DNA of 49,180 nucleotides from an uncultured Alphaproteobacteria bacterium. Lineage in GTDB: Bacteria; Pseudomonadota; Alphaproteobacteria; Micavibrionales; CSBR16-224. The stretch covers positions 1 to 49,180 of the forward strand of contig CALDHH010000075.1 of NCBI GenBank assembly GCA_937941575.1. The letters are read 5' to 3'. This document shows positions 26,401 to 35,725 of the stretch, in pieces. How positions within the stretch are numbered: the stretch's first letter is position 1; the number at the start of each line of letters is the position of its first letter. Below the pieces are notes generated by a model. That model was given only the letters and a program-made list of their open reading frames with translations. It was not told where the DNA came from and ran no database searches. The translations under genes and the position numbers were made by a program.

Positions 26401-26992
26401 TATGCAGATTGATGATATAGAAGAGACTAGTAATAAAATCCTTGCCGTTGGTAAAAAAGAGGGATTCTTTATTGTTAATAATGAATTACTAAACTTTAAC
26501 AAACTATCTTCTATTGCGCTTAACAAAGATGTTAACTTGCTTGCTCAAACTATAAAATTACAAATATCTGCCGGTAGCTCAAAAACTGAGCTAGCGATGA
26601 GCTATGATGATTATCAAGATCTAATTAAAGGCATAGCAGATTTAGGTAGCATTAAGAATGGTAATTCACATGAGAAAATTTCAGACCTTCATGACACCTT
26701 ATCAGCAATTGGTAATAATACCCTTAAAAAAGCAAGCAATACTGGTAGAAAAACTTTATTGAAGACTTTGAGAGAGAATAACCAAGAAGATCCACATCGT
26801 ACATTTAGGATTTGCCTTGATAATCTGCGTCAAAGTGATGTTACAAATGATTTTACCGCATATAAAGACGATTTAGTTCATTCAAATGATAACCGAACCA
26901 AGCCTGAAGCTAGCCTTCATTCTAATTTCTTATCCGAGAATTCAGTTAAAGCTAGAACTACTGCAAAGAAGAACAAAGGTTTTAAGCTCTAA
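23468..26992 (+). CDS. Giant acidic hypothetical protein (1174 aa) with three C-terminal ~120-aa modules and a basic tail
   Basis: Long uninterrupted ORF. I found no Walker A, HExxH or other catalytic motif. Residues ~703-1062 form three divergent repeats (WF..N.D ... INLDN/INIDN/LNFNK ... HPDFI/DHGFI/ADLGSI). The C-terminus is Lys/Arg-rich. Confidence 0.8.
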   Translation: MSFFDKLKEIENLESKGKLNFWKEIKAQLEHKLSKLEAQTHSVSEWIDASEKDIVIAYNELYSSLSQRDEEAIKTQLSNMGDIAGIVLQIPIRQAGVNMSFSHLITINFGPESEVSKLAADVKLGIPETVYTNLLGFEDEELEKEAPSEEKTSFWGKISGKDQERIENELELAKKELLSLQTEVPYYVDSFCDWLESGLDMHNDFDTSDEENEKRLKSYQDPDYMINAAEQDFNETISTFSERVFDISQDYAQILRNVESKNPSKIIDSLTKIKSTKYADKALSWVFEELNVTSLHELALDKFEDNQIRSKLFEEAMSGDVLATPIEFQDSKRMAKLFDEIFNECLKTDDPMPLSTLFIMINNNSFVESFDDDKEKVLQNLLLKLDDKTGKSYFEIVDNLEDKELKTKLFELFSASLGFTGITNSSFDNKSIPKLYIDLKEAIANKDSKSLQDIIILAKELNVQDEVIAFYGLLNKEQSIPMHALSSFDNKEGCQIFNNMAYHGYEIFLKNDTDEYKIEALEKAMLNVGTGISTSILTPELEALKNILQYIQEEKGSEFIKDIIISSNIIEHSFKKFEMDDRNSFLSVILNSFNNIEKSNILSRASLDIQDTDLKKNIQDVANLYSGYYQSLNDRLIINPENLGNIWHANQNLMNASKYSSFNQKIGEEEMDINIAAEYLSALYKNDDFVVFGTDEITNKNHIKYAWFAENNGDTAVHFIVGDNKTSTSMDAGDAELTIGGLIECNSYVYVGGYAINLDNIGYLNIDKQSDQLNILDNADEIETIDVSPEEISYLLEIIKNHPDFIINEGNDQAVNTSKVDLLINNEHTDEVSFVIENNYFGSEFAEIDEDGLKTEYIDGFMNSDKSNLLEEFENSNQHIKIGDKCINIDNLSYTNYDEESDTLELIISNERVLIHVEDFAAVEEINAKLKDHGFITNEIQAIKPEKTANIWFTSNDDGEFIACLMPNKSDKSDQIVYMQIDDIEETSNKILAVGKKEGFFIVNNELLNFNKLSSIALNKDVNLLAQTIKLQISAGSSKTELAMSYDDYQDLIKGIADLGSIKNGNSHEKISDLHDTLSAIGNNTLKKASNTGRKTLLKTLRENNQEDPHRTFRICLDNLRQSDVTNDFTAYKDDLVHSNDNRTKPEASLHSNFLSENSVKARTTAKKNKGFKL

Positions 26993-26994
26993 AT

Positions 26995-27453
26995 CTAACC
27001 CAATAATTCAGTTGGAATAAGAAATTCGATCTTATCACGATTGGGGAATAATAATTTCCTAACGTAAATTGCTTTTTTATGCAGAGATCGTAATGATTTT
27101 GTATCAAATGAATTTTTTAGCATTATGCTTTTTAAAAAATCTTGATTGATCTCTAATCTACTTAAGAAGTCTTGATTTCTTTTATGTTTTTCTAAAACTT
27201 CTAACCTGGCATATATCCTTGGATTATGGGCTCCCTCGACCATGAATTTTGATCCCCATTTCAGGTAATCTCCATTGCCATCGCCAATGAAATCAAGCAA
27301 TGCTGCAAAATCAATTTCATCTACATCGCCATTTAATGGCTTTGATATTTGATCTTTATCGACACCAATATCTTTTATTATTTTTTCCAGCACATCATCT
27401 GATGCAACCACTTGCTGGTAATCTTCCGATTGAAATTTTGATATTTCTGACAT
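26995..27453 (-). CDS. Hypothetical protein (152 aa), convergent with the giant ORF
   Basis: Acidic N-terminal half and basic helical C-terminal half. Its stop is 2 nt from the stop of the 1174-aa gene. No known motif. Confidence 0.55.
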   Translation of the reverse strand: MSEISKFQSEDYQQVVASDDVLEKIIKDIGVDKDQISKPLNGDVDEIDFAALLDFIGDGNGDYLKWGSKFMVEGAHNPRIYARLEVLEKHKRNQDFLSRLEINQDFLKSIMLKNSFDTKSLRSLHKKAIYVRKLLFPNRDKIEFLIPTELLG

Positions 27454-27552
27454 CTCTATTTATATATCCAATGTTAATTTGATAATTGATAATAACATAT
27501 ATTATAAGCGTTTCCAAATATACTGGGTAAATATTATCAATCAATATAAAAA

Positions 27553-27582
27553 AAGAGCTCACCTAAAGATAGGCAAGCTCTT
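27553..27582 (-). terminator. Rho-independent terminator of groES-groEL
   Basis: AAGAGCT ... AGCTCTT is a 7-bp stem with inner CCT/AGG pairs. On the minus strand it is followed by a T-run (complement of the A-run at 27548-27552). It lies ~50 nt after the groEL stop. Confidence 0.7.
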
Positions 27583-27633
27583 TAATTTATATTTGCAATC
27601 TATAGGCTAGATTGGCTGAAATATAGAATGATA

Positions 27634-29301
<1,668 letters not shown>

Positions 29302-29355
29302 TTATATTTATTAAGTTAAAATAATTTTGTATTAATTAAAGCTCTTATTAATCTA

Positions 29356-29664
29356 TTAAGCTGCTTTTTTTACAAAACCTTCAATAACACCCATGATATC
29401 AGATTCTTTCATTACCAAAAGCTCTTCACCATCGATTGTAACCTCGGTGCCTGACCATTTTGTGAAAAGAACTACATCGCCTTCACGAACATCAAGAGCA
29501 ACCAAGTTACCGCCTTCATCGCGAGTTCCTGTACCAACTGATACTATTTCGCCTTGCATTGGCTTTTCTTTTGCCGTATCTGGAATAATAATCCCACCAG
29601 CAGTTTTTTCATCATTATCTAAACGACGTATTAGTACACGATCATGTAACGGACGTAATTTCAT
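29356..29664 (-). CDS. groS: Co-chaperonin GroES
   Basis: [14 protein letters not shown]..., the [13 protein letters not shown] mobile loop, and SD AGGAG upstream. Confidence 0.97.
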   Translation of the reverse strand: MKLRPLHDRVLIRRLDNDEKTAGGIIIPDTAKEKPMQGEIVSVGTGTRDEGGNLVALDVREGDVVLFTKWSGTEVTIDGEELLVMKESDIMGVIEGFVKKAA

Positions 29665-29696
29665 ATCTTTAGTCTCCTAAAAAATTAATTTAACCA

Positions 29697-29719
29697 ATTG
29701 CCCAAACCATAAGGGCAAT
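29697..29719 (-). promoter_or_regulatory. Inverted repeat ATTGCCC-N9-GGGCAAT in the groES leader
   Basis: Perfect 7-bp arms with a 9-nt spacer, 33-55 nt upstream of the groES ATG. The N9 spacing matches CIRCE geometry, but the arm sequence is not the CIRCE consensus TTAGCACTC/GAGTGCTAA. Confidence 0.4.
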
Positions 29720-29971
29720 ATCTCTGTTCGCAAAGCCTTCAAACTTAAGCACAAATTAAACAGAACTGATAAATATATAGTATAAGAAGGTAGTATTTTC
29801 AATCTTTAAGCATAATTTTTGTTTAAAAATATTACCAGCTAAAGATATAGGCTAATCCACTGTTATTAAAGGATTTATTACCCATAATGGTAATTTAATT
29901 ACAAAAACTTAACTAATTATGATATAATATAAATATATTCCATGAGTTAATATTAAGAAAGGAATAATTAT

Positions 29972-30235
29972 ATGGCAAATTTAGAGTTACAATTAAATAA
30001 TTACAGGCTAACAACAGCCGAGATATTATACCATATGCCAGATCACCCGAATCTATTGCAGAGCTTTCTTTGGCAGCAATATGACATATCCCCTAAATTC
30101 CCCGAGCTTAAAAAGTTTATTAATTTCTGGATAAGTGATATAGAAGGTAAATTACATTCAGTAAATGTAGCGGGTAAATCCCTTATATCGGAAGAAGATA
30201 TTGGCTTTGGCAAGTTTGAGCTGGAAATATCTTGA
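29972..30235 (+). CDS. Usg-like family protein
   Basis: LTTAEILYHMPDHPNLLQSFLWQQYDISPKFPELKKFINFW...KLHSVNVA matches my recollection of the alphaproteobacterial Usg-like family signature. SD AAGGA upstream. Confidence 0.75.
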   Translation: MANLELQLNNYRLTTAEILYHMPDHPNLLQSFLWQQYDISPKFPELKKFINFWISDIEGKLHSVNVAGKSLISEEDIGFGKFELEIS

Positions 30236-30301
30236 CATAAAGGACTTGGGCTGTTACAATTTTCTAACTGTTAAATTTAACATCTTAAGGATAATAAAAA
30301 A

Positions 30302-31333
30302 ATGTCTGATAATAACAACCAAACTCCTCCTGAAAATTCTACTAGCCAAGCTGCTAATGAACCAGTTAATCATGGTGCCCAAAACTCTGATTTAAAACCA
30401 GAAAAACGCGGCGGTTTATCTACTACATTTAATAGATTTAGAGGCAGTAAATTTGGTAAATTCCTACTACCATTGATTGTTATTATTATTCCTTTGGGTA
30501 TTATTGGTCATTTCTCAGGAGATCGTACAGCTGATGAAATTAAAATCACCAATACAGGCGAAACTGATTATTTATCTAATCGACCTGATGGGCTACAATC
30601 TACTCCTTTCCCTGGTACAATATTCAATACTGGAAAAACTACCTATTCTGAATGTACATTCGTAACGGATGGTTCAATATCAATGAATTTAGGCTGTACT
30701 GAAAGCGAAGAGTTTTCTCCAACTACAAAACAAATTAAATCTGGTAATTTACTATCAAATATGGATGATGGATTTAACTTCATTGAAGTATCAAAAAAAG
30801 CATTTAAAGATGGCTTTAATAGAGCATGTTATGCATTTAAATCAGATGAAATATTCATAGATATGGGTTGTGATATTTCAAACGAAACTGACCCTAGCTT
30901 AGATACAGAAATATTTAGAAGCACATTCATAAATGAATCTCCACATTTAGATAGAATCCCTAATGGTATTTTAGATATCAATACCAAGATTTCAGATGAT
31001 GAAAATGAATTTAGAAGATGTGTAATTATAAAAGATGAAAGATCCTTTTTCAAAGACTTCTTTCACCTTCCAGTAAGTCTTCCTTTCGTACCAAAAACGC
31101 CTATAAATATAACTTATGACTGTAAAACAGTTGAATCTACGACTTTAAAAGATCATGTTTTATATTTGGCTAAATCTAATAAAACTTTGTCTAGCACTAA
31201 ATTAAATAGCAGACAAGATATTAGAGTTGATAAAACTATCCATAACCAAGCATCAGCAATTGGTCTTGAAGTATTTACTGGTGAAAAAGATCAGATAATG
31301 AAGATCAAGGGTAAAAGAAACAGCATGCTTTAA
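30302..31333 (+). CDS. Hypothetical single-pass membrane protein with repeated Cys-x13-Cys modules
   Basis: Disordered N-terminus, a TM (FLLPLIVIIIPLGIIGHF), then CTFVTDGSISMNLGC and CYAFKSDEIFIDMGC (C118/C132, C176/C190) plus a third Cys pair (C240/C274). SD AAGGA upstream. Confidence 0.65.
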   Translation: MSDNNNQTPPENSTSQAANEPVNHGAQNSDLKPEKRGGLSTTFNRFRGSKFGKFLLPLIVIIIPLGIIGHFSGDRTADEIKITNTGETDYLSNRPDGLQSTPFPGTIFNTGKTTYSECTFVTDGSISMNLGCTESEEFSPTTKQIKSGNLLSNMDDGFNFIEVSKKAFKDGFNRACYAFKSDEIFIDMGCDISNETDPSLDTEIFRSTFINESPHLDRIPNGILDINTKISDDENEFRRCVIIKDERSFFKDFFHLPVSLPFVPKTPINITYDCKTVESTTLKDHVLYLAKSNKTLSSTKLNSRQDIRVDKTIHNQASAIGLEVFTGEKDQIMKIKGKRNSML

Positions 31334-31409
31334 AAATAAAAACTTTATCAAATTAAAGAATCACTATAAAAAGAACATATAGAGAACTTTTATTTTTAAG
31401 GTTATTAAA

Positions 31410-32933
31410 TTGGTTTCAAGAGTAAAGACGGTTGCATTTCAGGGTGTTGATGTCTTGGACATTGATGTTCAAGTACAGTTATCTAGTGGACTCCCTGCTT
31501 TTAATATTGTTGGATTGCCTGATAAAGCCGTGGCGGAAAGTCGTGAGCGAGTAAGAAGTGCGATTAATGCCATTGGTCTATCCCTACCTGCAAAAAGAAT
31601 CACAATTAATTTAGCTCCAGCTGACGTCCTAAAAGAAGGAAGTCACTTTGACTTACCGATTGCCCTTGGTCTATTGGCAGAAATGGGAGTATTCCCTAAA
31701 GAAGAATTGGATAGATATGCGGCTTTGGGTGAACTTGCCCTTGATGGTAAAATTACCAAAGTATCTGGTGTATTGCCAGCTGCCATTAATGCAAGTTCAA
31801 ATAATCTTGGGATAATTTGTCCAGACGCATGTGGGAATGAAGCATCATGGGCTGGGGATTTAGATATATTACCAGCTGATAACTTAATATCACTTATCAA
31901 TCATATAAAAGGTACGCAATTACTAGCTGAGCCATCTCAATTAGTCGAAGATATTGAATCAAACTTACTTGACTTTAAAGATGTTAAAGGTCAAGAAACT
32001 GCAAAAAGAGCCTTGGAAGTAGCCGCCGCTGGTGGCCATAATATCTTAATGTATGGACCGCCAGGATCAGGTAAATCTATGTTGGCCACAAGAATGCCCT
32101 CAATCTTACCAAGTTTAGAGCCTAAACAAGCATTAGATGTTTCAATGATCCATAGTATTGCTGGCAATTTAGAAGGCGGGAAATTATTAAAGAAGCGACC
32201 ATTCAGAGCGCCCCATCATTCCGCATCCCTACCATCAATTGTTGGTGGCGGTAATAAAGCCAAACCAGGTGAAATATCGCTTGCCCATCATGGGGTTTTA
32301 TTTTTGGACGAGCTACCTGAATTCTCCAGACAATCATTAGAAGCATTAAGACAACCTATAGAAACTGGTACAGTCTTAATCTCAAGAGCGAATTATCATG
32401 TAAATTTTCCAGCCGATTTTCAATTAATTGCTGCCATGAACCCATGTAGATGTGGATATTTAGATGATCCAGAAATGGCTTGTTCAAAAGCACCCAAATG
32501 TGCAACAGATTATCAGTCTAAAATCTCTGGTCCAATATTTGATCGGATTGATATTCATATTGATGTACCATCAGTAAAAGTATCCGATCTGGCCTTACCG
32601 CCACCAAGTGAGGGTAGTTCTGAGATTTTACAAAGAGTTAAAATTGCCCGAGATATCCAAAGACAAAGATTTGAGAAATTAGGTCATCCTAATATCTTAA
32701 CCAATTCTCACGCTAATGGAGAGTTATTAGAAAAAATTGCACCGCTTGATGATAAAGGTCGGGAGTTATTAATCGGAGCAGCAGAAAGAATGAAATTATC
32801 GGCACGTGGATATCACCGCGTTTTAAAGCTATCTAGAACCCTTGCCGATTTAAATGCCTCAGAAAACATCAAACAAGAACATATTGCAGAAGCTCTTGCT
32901 TATCGGAAGATAAGAGCGGGAAGTAAATTTTAA
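31410..32933 (+). CDS. comM: YifB/ComM family Mg-chelatase-like AAA+ ATPase
   Basis: N-terminal Lon-protease-like domain (VQLSSGLPAFNIVGLPD), Walker A YGPPGSGKSM, Walker B GVLFLDELPEF, and a Cys cluster NPCRCGY...C..APKC. TTG start. Confidence 0.92.
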   Translation: MVSRVKTVAFQGVDVLDIDVQVQLSSGLPAFNIVGLPDKAVAESRERVRSAINAIGLSLPAKRITINLAPADVLKEGSHFDLPIALGLLAEMGVFPKEELDRYAALGELALDGKITKVSGVLPAAINASSNNLGIICPDACGNEASWAGDLDILPADNLISLINHIKGTQLLAEPSQLVEDIESNLLDFKDVKGQETAKRALEVAAAGGHNILMYGPPGSGKSMLATRMPSILPSLEPKQALDVSMIHSIAGNLEGGKLLKKRPFRAPHHSASLPSIVGGGNKAKPGEISLAHHGVLFLDELPEFSRQSLEALRQPIETGTVLISRANYHVNFPADFQLIAAMNPCRCGYLDDPEMACSKAPKCATDYQSKISGPIFDRIDIHIDVPSVKVSDLALPPPSEGSSEILQRVKIARDIQRQRFEKLGHPNILTNSHANGELLEKIAPLDDKGRELLIGAAERMKLSARGYHRVLKLSRTLADLNASENIKQEHIAEALAYRKIRAGSKF

Positions 32934-32968
32934 CAATATTTTAAATATAATAAATACGGAGAAATATA

Positions 32969-33814
32969 ATGCCTGAATTACCAGAAGTTGAAACAGTTGC
33001 CAGAGGAATGGCAGAATCGTTAACTAATGAAAAAATTATTGAGTTAGAGCAAAGACGAGCTGGTTTGCGTTTTCCTTTTCCTGAGAATCTGAAGAGAGAT
33101 GTTGAAAATAATAAAGTCATTGATGTAAAACGTCGGGCCAAATATATTTGGATGGAATTATCCAATAATAAAACGGTTATTATCCATCTTGGTATGTCGG
33201 GTAAAGTTTTAATTCACCCAAAAGGATCAAATCTGGAGATCCAAAAACATGATCATCTGATTTTCCGTACCGAGTCAGGAATCGTGACTGTATTAAATGA
33301 TACAAGACGTTTCGGAGTAGTTGACATCGAAGATACTAATAAGATTAACCAACATAAATTCTTCAATAATCTTGGCCCAGAACCTTTATCAGATGATTTT
33401 AACCCTGATTATTTAGCCCAGAAATTAAAGGGTAAAAACTCATCAATAAAAAATGCATTAATGGATCAATCAATCTCAGCCGGTATGGGTAATATTTATG
33501 TATGTGATAGCCTATATTATACTGGCGTTCATCCAGCAAGAACAGCGAGCAGCTTAACAAAAAAAGAAATCAAAGAATTAGTCCAAAATATAAAAACAGT
33601 TCTTACCGATTCAATTAAAGCGGGTGGCAGCTCTCTGCGTGATTACGTGCAATCCACGGGAGAGATGGGATATTTCCAAAAGCAATGGGCAGTTTACGGT
33701 AAAGATGGTGATCAATGTATCAATTGTGATTGCGATATAGAAAAAACTGGCGGAGTCCAAAAGATTAAACAATCCGGACGTGCCAGTTTCTATTGTGATA
33801 AAAAACAGAAGTAA
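32969..33814 (+). CDS. mutM: Formamidopyrimidine-DNA glycosylase
   Basis: Catalytic N-terminus MPELPEVE, H2TH region, and a C-terminal zinc finger C..C...16 residues...C. Confidence 0.95.
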   Translation: MPELPEVETVARGMAESLTNEKIIELEQRRAGLRFPFPENLKRDVENNKVIDVKRRAKYIWMELSNNKTVIIHLGMSGKVLIHPKGSNLEIQKHDHLIFRTESGIVTVLNDTRRFGVVDIEDTNKINQHKFFNNLGPEPLSDDFNPDYLAQKLKGKNSSIKNALMDQSISAGMGNIYVCDSLYYTGVHPARTASSLTKKEIKELVQNIKTVLTDSIKAGGSSLRDYVQSTGEMGYFQKQWAVYGKDGDQCINCDCDIEKTGGVQKIKQSGRASFYCDKKQK

Positions 33815-33817
33815 TTA

Positions 33818-34393
33818 TTAAAACTTATTCGTCTTCTTGAAAGTTTTAATAGATGTAATCTTGCTATTACCCAAAGGCAGAATTCTATTTTTCTGCCTGA
33901 TTCTTGCTTCATTAAATTTTTTGCCAGCACTCTTATCCATTAAACTTACAGGTTTGTTTTTATTATCTAAAATTAGAAAACGTACATTTGTCTGACTTGG
34001 CTTGGCTTTAGATATAGGAGTGGATTCTCTATATCTTTCTAATAAAGAGCCATTTTTTATATCAATTGCCATTGTTCTACCTGCTTTATAGCTTAAGCTT
34101 TCTTTGACTTTGTCGAATGCTCTGACGCCTGTTGAAAGAGTTGCAATCACACCTAATATTGCAACAGCTGGTGCAAATAGAATAGCCGATGCCAACCCAA
34201 TTACAGCAGTCGTGGCCACTAATTTACCATTATGCTTATCGCATAAATCATGATAGATCCCAGAAACTTTATTATATTTTTTAGCACCTTCAAAATATTC
34301 AGCGTGGTATTTAGCAACCAGCTTTGCACTCATTGCTTGCTTACTTATACCTTCTGGCAGCATATTACTCTTCATTGCGACTTTATTTTTCAT
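33818..34393 (-). CDS. Hypothetical basic membrane protein (191 aa)
   Basis: Central hydrophobic hairpin (LVATTAVIGLASAILFAPAVAILGVIATLSTGV) and Lys-rich tails. No known motif. It is the only minus-strand gene in a plus-strand housekeeping run. Confidence 0.5.
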   Translation of the reverse strand: MKNKVAMKSNMLPEGISKQAMSAKLVAKYHAEYFEGAKKYNKVSGIYHDLCDKHNGKLVATTAVIGLASAILFAPAVAILGVIATLSTGVRAFDKVKESLSYKAGRTMAIDIKNGSLLERYRESTPISKAKPSQTNVRFLILDNKNKPVSLMDKSAGKKFNEARIRQKNRILPLGNSKITSIKTFKKTNKF

Positions 34394-34528
34394 TATATTT
34401 CTTTCATATAAAAATTAATCTACTATAATAATTAACATATACTAGCAATTCTGTCAATAATATAATTATAGAAAATTTAATAATATCTGCTATTATGTTT
34501 ATCAAAGAAAATTTAAAAGGATTAAAAA

Positions 34529-35305
34529 ATGAATTACGAATATATAATTACCCAAAAAGAAGGCAATATCGAGATCATTACCTTAAATAGACCAAAAGCT
34601 TTAAATGCTTTATGTGGGGATTTAATGAAAGAGCTCGCTTGCGCTTTAAATGGAGCAGAGAATGATGATAATATTGGTTGTATAATCCTAACGGGTAGCG
34701 AGAAAGCATTTGCCGCAGGTGCGGATATCAGCGAAATGGCACCTAAAAGCTTCATGGATGTTTATCAAGAAGATTTCATCACTACCGATTGGGAAGATGT
34801 TACAAAATGTAGGAAGCCAGTAATTGCAGCGGTATCAGGTTACGCTTTGGGTGGTGGATGCGAGCTTGCGATGATGTGTGATTTCATATTGGCATCAGAT
34901 ACAGCAAAATTTGGCCAGCCAGAGATCACTATCGGTACAATACCGGGCGCAGGTGGAACTCAAAGATTAACTCGTCTAATCGGTAAATCTAAGGCAATGG
35001 AGATGTGTTTAACTGGTCGCATGATGGATGCAGACGAGGCCGAGAGATCCGGTTTAGTGAGTCGCATAATAGAATCAGATAAATTTATGGATGAAGTTAA
35101 GAAAACAGCATCAAAAATTGCATCAATGTCGAAGCCAATTGCAATGATGGCAAAAGAATCGGTAAATAAAGCCTATGAAACGACATTAAAAGAAGGTTTA
35201 AGCTTTGAGAGAAGATTATTCCATGCTAGTTTTGCCACAGAAGATCAAAAAGAGGGAATGCAAGCATTCACCGAGAAAAGAGAAGCTAAATTTAAAGATA
35301 AATAA
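34529..35305 (+). CDS. Enoyl-CoA hydratase (crotonase family, short-chain type)
   Basis: 258 aa with ILTGSEKAFAAGADI, AAVSGYALGGGCELAMMCD, FGQPEITIGTIPGAGGTQRL and EGMQAFTEKR. Confidence 0.93.
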   Translation: MNYEYIITQKEGNIEIITLNRPKALNALCGDLMKELACALNGAENDDNIGCIILTGSEKAFAAGADISEMAPKSFMDVYQEDFITTDWEDVTKCRKPVIAAVSGYALGGGCELAMMCDFILASDTAKFGQPEITIGTIPGAGGTQRLTRLIGKSKAMEMCLTGRMMDADEAERSGLVSRIIESDKFMDEVKKTASKIASMSKPIAMMAKESVNKAYETTLKEGLSFERRLFHASFATEDQKEGMQAFTEKREAKFKDK

Positions 35306-35327
35306 ATCAAAGAACTATATAAAATAG

Positions 35328-35354
35328 TTGACTTTGAATATGAATCGATATAAA
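35328..35354 (+). promoter_or_regulatory. Candidate sigma70-like promoter of rpsT
   Basis: TTGACT-N15-TATAAA (or N16-ATAAAA) lies ~65 nt upstream of the rpsT ATG. Motif evidence only. Confidence 0.3.
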
Positions 35355-35419
35355 AGCTTTAAATCTATGGTTAGTATCAGAACTATAAAAGAATTTAAGA
35401 TTTAGAAAGAGATAATTAA

Positions 35420-35686
35420 ATGGCACATCATAAATCAGCAAAAAAACGTATTCTTCGTAACGAAAAACGTCGCTTAATCAATAAAGATCGCGTTTCACTA
35501 ATTCGTACATGCGTTAAAAGAGTAAAAGAAGCAATTGAAGCTGGTGATTACACACTTGCAAGGACTGCTTTAAAAGATGCTCAACCTCAATTACACCGTG
35601 GTGTAACAAAAGGTATCATGCATAAAAATACAGTTGCAAGAACATTATCAAGATTATCTGCAAGTATCAAAAAACTAGCTGCTTAA
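35420..35686 (+). CDS. rpsT: 30S ribosomal protein S20
   Basis: MAHHKSAKKRILRNEKRRLINK... is the canonical S20 N-terminus; 88 aa. Confidence 0.97.
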   Translation: MAHHKSAKKRILRNEKRRLINKDRVSLIRTCVKRVKEAIEAGDYTLARTALKDAQPQLHRGVTKGIMHKNTVARTLSRLSASIKKLAA

Positions 35687-35725
35687 TTAATAACCGCTTA
35701 TCAATAAGCAAAGGGGTTATCAGAT

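Noticed and set aside
29665-29971. Canonical CIRCE element or sigma32 promoter upstream of groES
   Set aside because: I searched both strands by eye for TTAGCACTC-N9-GAGTGCTAA and for a TTGAA-N13-15-CCCCATNT arrangement. Only a TTGAAG hexamer is present, without a matching -10. I reported the different inverted repeat instead.
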